Numbered from the stretch's first letter, positions 18,601-24,654 are shown. The stretch is 64,000 bases of DNA from Candidatus Omnitrophota bacterium (GCA_024231025.1 JAAEQW010000090.1:21490-85489), one strand, 5' to 3'. Notes: generated from the sequence alone by a model not told the origin. Numbers and translations are program-made.

Positions 18601-20428
18601 AATACTCGCCAATCTCATGCGTCAATGCCAAGCCTTTTAATTTTGGATCATTATAAATATCACGATAAAGAGCAATAAGATTCGGATTGTCCAAACCTTG
18701 TTCCCTGGCAAAACCAAATAAATCTTTAATTAACTTCAAAAAAGTAAAAAGTTTGGGTCTGTCTTTAGAAGGAAGTGTTTGAGCTAAATCCAATATCGCT
18801 AAAAAAAACTCAAGTCCAGTTTCCTGATCTCCAAGGTCCATTCGCTCAATACTCTCCCGAGCCAATAAAGCCGCATCAAGATCCTCCAAGTCAAGATCAA
18901 CCGCCCCCAACTTTTTCCCCTCACCATCAAACACCTCAACAACCCCCACGCTTCCTTCAACCTTAACCTCTCCTGCTACAGCCTGATTTCCGATTTGCGC
19001 AATATCGCCTGACTTATCCTTTGAAGAAACATCAGACGGCGATTCTTTGAGCTGACTACCAGAGACTAATGCCCCATCAATGCCATCAATTTTAATTTTT
19101 GCCATTGTTGGATGATCATCAGTTTCTTGTTTAATCAGTTGATCATGTTCTGAGCTTGTGCCAACTTCTAATTGGTCTGGAACCATTTTGACAATTTCTT
19201 CAAGACTCGCGCCCCCCGAATAATATCTGCGATTGAGTTTTTTATTTAAATGCGGATCAAAATCACGACGAATATAATTGTAAACACCTTTTTTGTAAGC
19301 TTCTAAATATTGGTTATAGATTTTCTCTTTTATCTCGGGGTCATCCCCTTCAACCCCGGCAATTTTGTTTTTGTCGAAATATATCTGGTCTAGGATGTTA
19401 GTCTTCGCTTCCGGGGACACGTACCGTTCTCGGCCTTCGGCCTGCGCTTCCCTGCCCGTCCGGCAGGCGGGCGGTACATGTCCCCGTGGGGTTTCGACAG
19501 TCTGGCGAAGCCGTTTCTTAAACCAGGTTGCCAAAATCAATGCATTATATATTTGACGTAATTGACTGAAAGACTGCCCATTGTTTACTTCTTCTTCGAT
19601 TGCCGGCAAGATCACTTCTTTTGCAATTTGGGTAGAAATATTATTAGAGGGCACGGCACGCCGTGCCCCTACGATGTTTTGTTTTTGGGCAACACCTGCC
19701 TGCCCGTCCGGAAGGCGGGCCTGCTGGTAGGCAAGGTAATCTTCTTCCAACATAATCTTAAGACGACTTTCTTTAACAAAGGCACGATTTCCTGCCTGAT
19801 GAACCACACATTTTTCAGGAACAATCCAAATCTTATTAAATGTATTAAGTGGTATTTTGGTTGTGCCATACAACTGATAGGCTCGACTATAAACCTTCTT
19901 CCAAAATTCCTTGCCTAATGGACTCTCCGGATAAGTTAAAGATGCGGTTAATTGCTTTAAAATATAATCTTCGCCTAAAAGATCGCGGCCCATATCAGTT
20001 AAGCCTAATTCGTAAGGAATTACGCTATCTTTTTCATAAGGCGAAAGATTAACCCAAAGGTCTTTTGCCGGAGTGGTTAACGAAGTAAGAAAATACTTTA
20101 TTAGTTGTTGGGTCTGAATCTTTAACTGCTCATCACTAAGGACCGCATCACCTTCATCAATAATAAAGCTAAATTTAAATGGGTCATTAGGCGAAAACTC
20201 TAAGCCCCGCAAGGTAATTGGCTCAAAATTGAGGGTAGTTTTGACAAGCTTAGTGGGAGCAGGCATATACTCCAATGCGGAAGTATAGCCCGGACGAACC
20301 AGATATGTGGAAAAAATAGATAGCAGAAAAACACATATAAAGAACCCGATTAGGGCTCGCAGTCGAATTCCCGCTCGTTTTTTATAGAATAGTAAAATCA
20401 TAAACCAAACACCATATAAATGTAACAT
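9620..20428 (-). CDS. Giant multi-domain protein (3602 aa). It has an N-terminal TM anchor plus a roughly 400-aa domain shared with the 38194-44445 protein. Downstream are long HEAT/ARM-like helical repeats, a HAD-IIB phosphatase-like domain (motif LLDIDGTL, about 13300-13990), a SLOG/LOG (TIGR00725-like) Rossmann domain (about 12770-13200), and a TraB/GumN/TIKI-like domain with GxxH...GxxH (about 10800-11750). A conserved C-terminal module is shared with the two other giants.
   Basis: One uninterrupted 10.8-kb ORF. The domain calls rest on motifs read from the translation: DIDGT; GGxPGxG...NGSLGTIHE; ILGYSH...VVGGCHLLG. The C-terminus is PGGIDLNPEMLEID...PFDIKTFKGFTFQIITIERD. Confidence 0.85.
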   Translation of the reverse strand: MLHLYGVWFMILLFYKKRAGIRLRALIGFFICVFLLSIFSTYLVRPGYTSALEYMPAPTKLVKTTLNFEPITLRGLEFSPNDPFKFSFIIDEGDAVLSDEQLKIQTQQLIKYFLTSLTTPAKDLWVNLSPYEKDSVIPYELGLTDMGRDLLGEDYILKQLTASLTYPESPLGKEFWKKVYSRAYQLYGTTKIPLNTFNKIWIVPEKCVVHQAGNRAFVKESRLKIMLEEDYLAYQQARLPDGQAGVAQKQNIVGARRAVPSNNISTQIAKEVILPAIEEEVNNGQSFSQLRQIYNALILATWFKKRLRQTVETPRGHVPPACRTGREAQAEGRERYVSPEAKTNILDQIYFDKNKIAGVEGDDPEIKEKIYNQYLEAYKKGVYNYIRRDFDPHLNKKLNRRYYSGGASLEEIVKMVPDQLEVGTSSEHDQLIKQETDDHPTMAKIKIDGIDGALVSGSQLKESPSDVSSKDKSGDIAQIGNQAVAGEVKVEGSVGVVEVFDGEGKKLGAVDLDLEDLDAALLARESIERMDLGDQETGLEFFLAILDLAQTLPSKDRPKLFTFLKLIKDLFGFAREQGLDNPNLIALYRDIYNDPKLKGLALTHEIGEYLLKRGLIKIEVKGAIAKLLCGFGLDRVFRFLTQRGWLKGKLVLKNNQNSEVARLTIEGDALLRAFKNYKLLSSKASGHDLLRAAAKQIMPDEYPKLLGPDKALTTFIKKNQTQRNSVQSEYFQKLYPFTDIPFDELPSGFQEIIKHSQGLPQELIDLCTKAGIDDAKYILLGISSLRDVIIVEDDPKQTITNLQEIGNELRFFLNKIRRSSSPKRKASGPESYLQPLFSNFLTSLKDIIIVEDSIEQTRENLDEILDKLLSVVLNTNSTRESIHEQRLEDFFNSAFFVFKDEIISDNLEQTAENLALLAGIFVGVSDDYMWGVNKSIGERLLSNNPRIIELALSVSEQSTHDPERNEIKVCYALVLGEAVKYNPGFTTRILTAIENSDDDATMRSLALALKQDRDDPAIKLNCNQIMILYQARERAVDDRAKEHLGWVFKGALECNPDVLAEMVDLATNNVQFENLKSTVESVLISVLRRGKKDDSVSKLISDLITLSVSGKITFDWFERIISSAFRDSSAPRALVSDILSALASIGDDSLREAILSVLDDALGRDIALPFVSKFNAQEFEVLLNLIRDSKNKQVLAKASSILMAIIKQKNRDNLNISEAGLRIVLNKFNSLVSEFSDQENEEDLESILALLPNIAWAAKVDKWLDPEDVDSILSALEKTDGRLAATFSYGAIKEDAINFSGLNDKVTQSFNQTENDSTKAAIAYVCGHCFSSQDHAEDLLVLIDRADNEQDLKRAATVLKNLLKNNENVSLTESSKDIFITKLATTEDEETLRELSAVFAHALVGNQQMRPDEDDFKTILSVVERTEGRVGAGIGMVLVSNPGLIVKAIDGIVSQGGISSENLVAKRIAKDLVHVVGKDPSLFNNLAVVIGKVQNSQARECLFSILSNEFLTFLPFSFGGLIDAIGWAEDGSFEKIQLASLLISCWDEKSGDFEFFRGLFGKVEFTKERARVILGLTGDSIEYDSRRFFYDALRVGLIHSQPRLEYSDLESLKEKLLHAADNNQAKAILDIMVEVVFSLKVKDHLPAQTVESAYSMLQRLVESEFVTKENLEVVCDFIVVLHQSQTFIPALNNPSTYDSILPLRSDEISQKFVENTKLLLENGFYPSATLNQRIDAANDPQSLMAIWRVYNPQVNNSFDPNDELKVALEYSRFCNEYVRQCGRESERETYTFEWFREILENFNRLSQDEVEDSTKTALSYTSYEVKKFFDFVVALKNSGRKVLVVPNFSYGWFLATPIKTRLESLGIKIAEVRVGSTEAHDDEHLICAKRKEQLFDDDTLRFMLKEQPEVVMMDGSNSFMRDVQGGSRYPDAHKAFVNVMLLINYVLAGDKFIEGADQLREQEYFQDFFNPQRNEGQVYSSYEMIMRFVDKLRRLKQELAIPDRDANAYRSEYYNPMNRSDISVTMGGRWSNRQVRDKPEAFNPDSIDGLDPINQSRLFVAAVNVSNQDMPDYMRQLNGQDKHLSGSIDDHISKRFVVNRQGVNPSHTFEDEFLRQFAIVERLVDLNEQRAVPVAEKDNLDSLPFRADKRFGGVLLDIDGTLKLRGKKISSEILDLIAGMLEAGYKVGIVSGRSKSIDKVFVRRMRRRVNSEALKNLYVFEQNGAGCYDVGNDEILTSYAIDSQDRRSIVGKLQSTDLEKFGFKVTERSAIIAVDNVTNEQKEELIIALKMALGDLGLMHKYKVVDTEVNLNIVPLEVNKGNAASFFAQQTGIKQKDILKIGNSYSVEGNDYPMLIMPSGVGVDSPDTTRWLLEIFFHEKIPPGQKDVTRRRSDQEGDEIQWQAEYIRQEYEGIRIGVIGAVSPSSDYSPTIGEELGRCLADYVKDKGYVFTGGVPGVGKDVYQGVCSLSQNSDERFFALLPQGMSAVGYSRISPNNRVAVQYIGKDMHQRRVGMAMVADVMIVLNGSLGTIHEAVVALKNNKKVIVLNYGGAGKQLYMAKLNNELTSDLKAEGLELPDLDNVIAANSIEEVSMMLSNMETLLKKAAMSAKSQAVSIPSSRVDIDPNSRSHQITSDEEGLSDVVVPVTSDADTEYFPPLVSPLTIANIIHGLHARFHEDGRLIRRVHLNRKQLEEQLSDLADKFGRVPTLEEAIRFVDGHETAHALFDEVRLFGRLSKGLKEQEEELANFFGLAFAGVLKKEDMPLGLMMTILDVERLINERLPEGEKIDGLYEYLIDADPFDRKNAKALEKKLEKIGINVEVDVTERNLSEIKAEYKDRGAEILKPMEINRRSFFKAAGVGAVSLGVGPVSEAIARASGVSNRSVRNHDSVLRYVRGGIASGGDLAILGYSHADSLKYDMIEKALSNNVLNAASSVRYCWDLFTLLQTERKVMDSLQKDIETIREIAACGKLAMLGLELTHQGVERVRKEALNGHRHIIANMQAHFSNVRIYIADKKKQGNNVSNLEDIVNYLENNIEEIADDFTLLTYGVLGYFHVHMRDFIDQVHFVAIDDDLLRKEASVYLEAAAYYGKKIVEFLTAKESIDLSDRLYDLSQSTSIASKEVLAIMKEIGVEERIPLGVIRNYCDSFNFFMLSAKDRDRAMIENTLHEASGIVGKDGVAMTVVGGCHLLGMTRYARELSGKNELGIKRDSLDKKDVFIVKPVKASQDIGQFLEFLIKAYDDGDAQYFKDLVLDLDLNFQWQTHLYRKQLRSIKKALLRGGVSNVAAVGFTRDRGFERINELVGLIDAFTIKMENLGFKRNKIEDTFLTLYGPLVYLAATSSRFFKKIISLDDSLAEGRQLVDIRHDLFRVCKEYGEIDLFMEWDREVRAAQSSNGTIADEKILAMHTKAKNREVVGTKVVTACAEYVSCYWMNRYHFSKIAKRLSSEVKTKGNLLVIGEKNYWDKLKQAFDGNQILTVQQNSSIENSAGPALVGANLFDQNNEKKNHLDYLASAQQTAGGEVDATLPNTNPGGIDLNPEMLEIDEESQTGGSIAPFSNFESLPFDIKTFKGFTFQIITIERDFKKADQEQEEPVFDLAA
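19411..19489. repeat. GC-rich palindromic element inserted in-frame in giant gene 1. Its inverted arms CCGGGGACACGTACCG / CGGTACATGTCCCCG flank a nested GCCCGTCCGGCAGGCGGGC hairpin. It is translated as ...PRGHVPPACRTGREAQAEGRERYVSPE...
   Basis: The arms are exact reverse complements except for one mismatch. GC content is far above the surrounding gene. The paralogous giant 2 has no insert at this position. Confidence 0.6.
19649..19722. repeat. Second in-frame GC-rich palindromic insert in giant gene 1. It contains the GGGCACGGCACGCCGTGCCC hairpin plus a CTGCCCGTCCGGAAGGCGGGC hairpin and is translated as ARLPDGQAGVAQKQNIVGARRAVP.
   Basis: Both hairpin types also occur intergenically, at 8564-8583 and at 781-800 / 24757-24777. 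The paralog (giant 2) carries a different palindromic element at the equivalent position. Confidence 0.55.
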
Positions 20429-20552
20429 TTAATATACGAAAAAACCACAAAATTAGCTTGTTTTTAAAGGATTTTTGAAATCGCTTCCAAAATTATGGAC
20501 AACGTCTTAAATGTTATTATTGGACGATGATCAAAAATACTAACGAGTAAAT

Positions 20553-20581
20553 TTGACATTGGGATAAAATTATGGCATAAT
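20553..20581 (+). promoter_or_regulatory. Sigma70-like promoter (TTGACA, 17 nt spacer, CATAAT) placed 9 nt before the ATG of the AAA ATPase gene, implying a leaderless or near-leaderless mRNA
   Basis: TTGACA at 20553-20558, CATAAT at 20576-20581, ATG at 20591. There is no room for an RBS. Confidence 0.45.
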
Positions 20582-20590
20582 TTACGTAAG

Positions 20591-21700
20591 ATGGAACGCT
20601 ATCTTAATAATCAAATACTAAAAGATCTCGAGAAAAAAATGGTTTTTCTTGGTGGACCACGACAAGTAGGAAAAACTACTCTTGCTTTACAAATTATCGA
20701 TAACAAGCGAAATTACCTCAATTGGGATATTGCTGAACATCGGGAGAAGATCCTTAAACGCGAATTACCTCCCGGAAACCTTCTCGTTTTTGACGAAATT
20801 CACAAATATCGTTCGTGGCGCAACTACATAAAGGGCCTTTATGACTTACGCCACAATGAACAAAAAATACTCATTACTGGAAGCGCACGCCTGGATTTGT
20901 ACCGCTTCGGAGGAGATTCCCTGCAAGGTAGATACCATTATCTCCGGCTTCATCCCCTATCAATAGCAGAACTTAAAATCACAAAGCAAAAAGACTTTCT
21001 GGCCCTGCTCAACTTGGGTGGATTTCCAGAACCATTTTTAGGTGGATCGCAAATAGAAGCTAAGCGTTGGTCGCGGGAATACCGCACGCGGCTTCTACAA
21101 GAAGATATTTTATCTTTAGAGCGAATACATGATATCGGTAATTTGGAGCTACTTACCTTGCGCCTTCCAGAACTTGTAGGAAGTCCTTTATCATTAAATG
21201 CCTTACGAGAAGATCTACAGACAAGTCACAAAACTATTACTCGCTGGATGGACGTTCTTGAGCGCACCTACGCAATCTTTAGGCTTCTCCCTTTTGGTGC
21301 GCCGCAAATACGCGCAGTTAAGAAAGAGCGTAAACACTATCATTTTGACTGGTCTCTAATTCCAGAACAATCTTACCGTTTTGAAAATATGGTTGCGTCA
21401 CACCTCTTAAAGTGGGTGCATTTTCAAGAAGACACAGAGGCACGTAATCTAGAGCTCCGATATTTCCGAAATATGGATGGGCAAGAAGTAGACTTTGTAA
21501 TTACCGAAGATAAACAGCCAATTCTACTTATTGAATGTAAATTGACCGACACTAAAATAAGCAGGCCGTTAAAATACCTTAAATCACGCTTTCCAAAAAG
21601 TAAAGCCTGGCAAATTCATGCCTCTGGTTCTAAAGATTATCAAACCTTCGAGGGCATTCGCGTCTGCCCTGCATTAGCATTTTTACGTACGCTCATTTAG
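20591..21700 (+). CDS. AAA+ ATPase with C-terminal DUF4143-like domain (COG1373 family)
   Basis: Walker A LGGPRQVGKTT and Walker B LLVFDEIH; a winged-helix/DUF4143-like C-terminal half typical of this family. Confidence 0.75.
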   Translation: MERYLNNQILKDLEKKMVFLGGPRQVGKTTLALQIIDNKRNYLNWDIAEHREKILKRELPPGNLLVFDEIHKYRSWRNYIKGLYDLRHNEQKILITGSARLDLYRFGGDSLQGRYHYLRLHPLSIAELKITKQKDFLALLNLGGFPEPFLGGSQIEAKRWSREYRTRLLQEDILSLERIHDIGNLELLTLRLPELVGSPLSLNALREDLQTSHKTITRWMDVLERTYAIFRLLPFGAPQIRAVKKERKHYHFDWSLIPEQSYRFENMVASHLLKWVHFQEDTEARNLELRYFRNMDGQEVDFVITEDKQPILLIECKLTDTKISRPLKYLKSRFPKSKAWQIHASGSKDYQTFEGIRVCPALAFLRTLI

Positions 21701-21779
21701 TTTTTTCACCAAAATAGCCCCATTTTTCCCTTGCCAAAACACCAAAATATGATATAACCATATTTACAAAGGAGAAATT

Positions 21780-21947
21780 ATGGCAGAAGTAAGAATTGAA
21801 GGAAATGAAAGTTTCGAAAAAGCACTAAGAAAATTCAAGGTTCAGTGCAAAAGAGAAGGTATTTTAAAAGAGTTTAAAGAAAGACAGTATTTTACTAAAC
21901 CGTCTCAAAAAAGGAGGGAGAAAGCGAAGAAGAAGAAAAGGCGGTAA
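21780..21947 (+). CDS. rpsU: 30S ribosomal protein bS21 (55 aa), copy 2. It is below the size cutoff of the supplied ORF track.
   Basis: Translation MAEVRIEGNESFEKALRKFKVQCKREGILKEFKERQYFTKPSQKRREKAKKKKRR. AGGAGA RBS 6 nt upstream of the ATG. About 75% identical to the 5292-5456 copy. Confidence 0.8.
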   Translation: MAEVRIEGNESFEKALRKFKVQCKREGILKEFKERQYFTKPSQKRREKAKKKKRR

Positions 21948-21992
21948 CGGGGTTTTTGTTTGTTGAAACATAAGTTAAAGGGAGAAAAGTTG

Positions 21993-22274
21993 ATGGAAGA
22001 ACAGAAAAAAATTTACATGGGAAATTTGGAATTCGGCGTTACAGAAGATGATATCAAAAAATTATTAACCGAAAAAGGCATAACTCCAACTGCAGTAAGA
22101 GTGATAACCGATAAATTTACCGGAAGATCTAAAGGTTTTGGGTTCGCAGAATTCGACACTGAAGAAGAAACCGAAAAAGCAATTGAAGCTTTAAACGGTC
22201 AAGATCTAAACGGACGCGCATTGCAAGTAAACAAAGCTCGCAAAATGAAACCGCGTGATGATTTTGGAAATTAA
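21993..22274 (+). CDS. RRM-type RNA-binding protein (glycine-poor Rbp-like)
   Basis: RNP2 IYMGNL and RNP1 KGFGFAEF motifs. GGAGA RBS before the ATG at 21993; the ORF track starts earlier at a TTG. Confidence 0.8.
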   Translation: MEEQKKIYMGNLEFGVTEDDIKKLLTEKGITPTAVRVITDKFTGRSKGFGFAEFDTEEETEKAIEALNGQDLNGRALQVNKARKMKPRDDFGN

Positions 22275-22299
22275 GACAGAAGACAAAAGTTAACTACTC

Positions 22300-22334
22300 A
22301 AAAAGCCCCGAGATTTCGGGGCTTTTTTTATTTT
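22300..22334. terminator. Bidirectional rho-independent terminator between the convergent RRM and ABC-F genes
   Basis: aaaaAGCCCCGAgatTTCGGGGCTtttttttatttt: a GC stem flanked by an A-run on one side and a T-run on the other. Confidence 0.65.
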
Positions 22335-24232
22335 AGAAATTTCGCTTTTAATTTATTAATTTTAACTTCAATAGCAAGAATATCCTCGTTAAGCTTTTTA
22401 ACCATCATTTTATATTCGTTAACCACTTCGCTTCCATGCCGAGGATTATCAACAACTCGTGCTTTAACATTTCGATCGGTCTTAAGTTTTTCTTGCTTCT
22501 TTCTTAGGCCCTTTATTTTCTTAGAAATCAAAGCATTTTGTTCGTTTTTTGTATCTTCCTGTAGCTTTACTCCGTTAGTCGCTAATGCTTCTTTCTCTTT
22601 ACTGGTAACATAACGGCTCTTTGCTTTGCCTTTCTTGGAGGTATCTTTAGTTTGACTCTTCTTGCGCAAATAGTAATCAAAATCACCAGGAAATTTCTTA
22701 ATCTGACCATCCTCTACCTCAAACACCGTATTAGCAACCGACCGCACAAAATAAATATCGTGGCTAATAAAAACTAATGTTCCCTGATATTGCGTCAAAG
22801 CTTTGACAAGCGCATCTACCGCATCAACATCAAGGTGAGTTGTTGGCTCATCAAGCAGCAAAAAATTTGGCGCTTCAATTAAAAGTTTAGCCATAATCAA
22901 GCGGCTTTTTTCTCCACCCGATAAAATTTTTACCTTCTTATCAACATCATCTCCGCTAAACAAAAACATGCCAAGAATCGTACGAACAGTTTCTGTCTTT
23001 ACGTCAGCTGGAGATGCCGATAACGCCTCGTCTAAAACATTGCGATCTTCATTTAAAACATCCATTCGTGTTTGAGAAAAATATCCAGTGCTGATATTGT
23101 GCCCAAGAGCGCGTGTTCCGCTGTCTGCATCAATTACTCCAGCAAGAATTTTAAGAAGGGTTGATTTTCCGGCACCATTAACACCAGAAAAAACTGCTCT
23201 TTCTCCATTTATAACCTCAAAATCAATATCTTTATAAACCTCGATATCCCCATAAGATTTAGAAACTTTTTTTAAATCTACCACGCGGTACCCACTACGC
23301 TGCGTCGGCGGGAATTTAAAAGTACGAATACTATCTCGACGATCAGGAGGGATCACAATCTCTTGCATTTTTTCTAAAACTTTACGTTTCGCGCGCACCT
23401 GCGATGCTTTATTGGGTTGAGCATGAAAACGCTGAATGAAACCTTCTAGTTGTTTGCGTTTTTTTTCTTGTCGATCAAATTGCTTTAGTGCATGGCTACG
23501 ACGCTGATCTTGAATATCGCGATAGTGTTGATAATTACCTTTTACTTTATTTATTTTACCAAATTCCAAAACCAAAGTATAATTTGTTACTTCGTTAAGA
23601 AAAACTTGGTCATGCGAGACCATAATAAATGTTCCGTTGTAACTGGAAAGATAATCCTTAAACCAAAGAGCAGCATTTAAATCAAGATAATTTGTAGGCT
23701 CATCTAAAAGAAGGCAATCGTAATTTCCAGTTAAAAGCCTTGCTAGCAGCGTACGCATTTGCCAACCTCCACTCATTTCTTTAACTGGGCGATTAAAGTC
23801 GGCTTGTGAAAATCCAAGACCGCTTAGAATTTTTTTGGCTTTATACTCTAACTTAAAATATCCTAGCATTTCCAATTCATGCAGAATGTCTCCATAACGA
23901 TGAGAAGCCGTTTGGTTGTTTGCCTCTAATTTATTTTTCTCTTTTTTAAGTTTAACAATTGTTGGGTCGCCTTCAACCACTTCTTGCAGAACTGTATGAT
24001 TAGAAGGAAATTTTGACTCTTGCGGAAGATACCCAATGCGCGTGCCCTTATTGATTTGAATCCTGCCCGATGAGATCTCTATCTCACCGAGAATAAGATT
24101 AAACAAAGTTGACTTTCCCGCTCCATTTGGACCGATAAGGCCAATTTTTTCTCCTCTAGTAATAGATAAAGAAACTTCCTCAAAAAGCGCTCGCTTCCCA
24201 TAAGTTTTTGAAACATTACTTATTGCAATCAT
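22328..24232 (-). CDS. ABC-F family ATPase (two tandem ABC ATPase domains, no TMD; translation-factor-type ABC protein)
   Basis: Two Walker A motifs (GPNGAGKST, GVNGAGKST), two LSGG signature motifs, a long inter-domain linker and a basic C-terminal coiled-coil tail. Confidence 0.85.
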   Translation of the reverse strand: MIAISNVSKTYGKRALFEEVSLSITRGEKIGLIGPNGAGKSTLFNLILGEIEISSGRIQINKGTRIGYLPQESKFPSNHTVLQEVVEGDPTIVKLKKEKNKLEANNQTASHRYGDILHELEMLGYFKLEYKAKKILSGLGFSQADFNRPVKEMSGGWQMRTLLARLLTGNYDCLLLDEPTNYLDLNAALWFKDYLSSYNGTFIMVSHDQVFLNEVTNYTLVLEFGKINKVKGNYQHYRDIQDQRRSHALKQFDRQEKKRKQLEGFIQRFHAQPNKASQVRAKRKVLEKMQEIVIPPDRRDSIRTFKFPPTQRSGYRVVDLKKVSKSYGDIEVYKDIDFEVINGERAVFSGVNGAGKSTLLKILAGVIDADSGTRALGHNISTGYFSQTRMDVLNEDRNVLDEALSASPADVKTETVRTILGMFLFSGDDVDKKVKILSGGEKSRLIMAKLLIEAPNFLLLDEPTTHLDVDAVDALVKALTQYQGTLVFISHDIYFVRSVANTVFEVEDGQIKKFPGDFDYYLRKKSQTKDTSKKGKAKSRYVTSKEKEALATNGVKLQEDTKNEQNALISKKIKGLRKKQEKLKTDRNVKARVVDNPRHGSEVVNEYKMMVKKLNEDILAIEVKINKLKAKFLK

Positions 24233-24618
24233 CGTATTGTAATTACCTGTCCCCGATTAACCATTCCTTCTATTTTATACTTAAACCATGCCTTTAGAAG
24301 ATTGCGAGTAAACGGAATTAACCCCACAAATCCAAGACCATCTGTTATAAAGCCCGGCGTTAAAAGCAGCAATCCACTGCAAAGAATAATTACTCCGTCT
24401 AAAACTTTATCAGTTGGCATAACTCCGCGATTAATATCGTTTTGAATTCTGTATAGGGTAAGAAGCCCCTGAAGCTTAGCCAGGTATGCTCCGGTTATCC
24501 CAGTAAAAATTACAATTGCAATAGTAGCACCAAGCCCAATATATGAACCAACTTTGATCAATAAAACAAGCTCCAAAGCCGGAACAAGAGTAAATAATAA
24601 AATTAAATAGCCTAACAT
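24229..24618 (-). CDS. fxsA: FxsA-family cytoplasmic membrane protein
   Basis: Two N-terminal TM helices and the conserved LLLTPGFITDGLGFVGLIPFTR segment. Confidence 0.6.
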   Translation of the reverse strand: MLGYLILLFTLVPALELVLLIKVGSYIGLGATIAIVIFTGITGAYLAKLQGLLTLYRIQNDINRGVMPTDKVLDGVIILCSGLLLLTPGFITDGLGFVGLIPFTRNLLKAWFKYKIEGMVNRGQVITIR

Positions 24619-24654
24619 GATTGCCTCCTTGATTGTTTATTGACTCTGTCAAAA

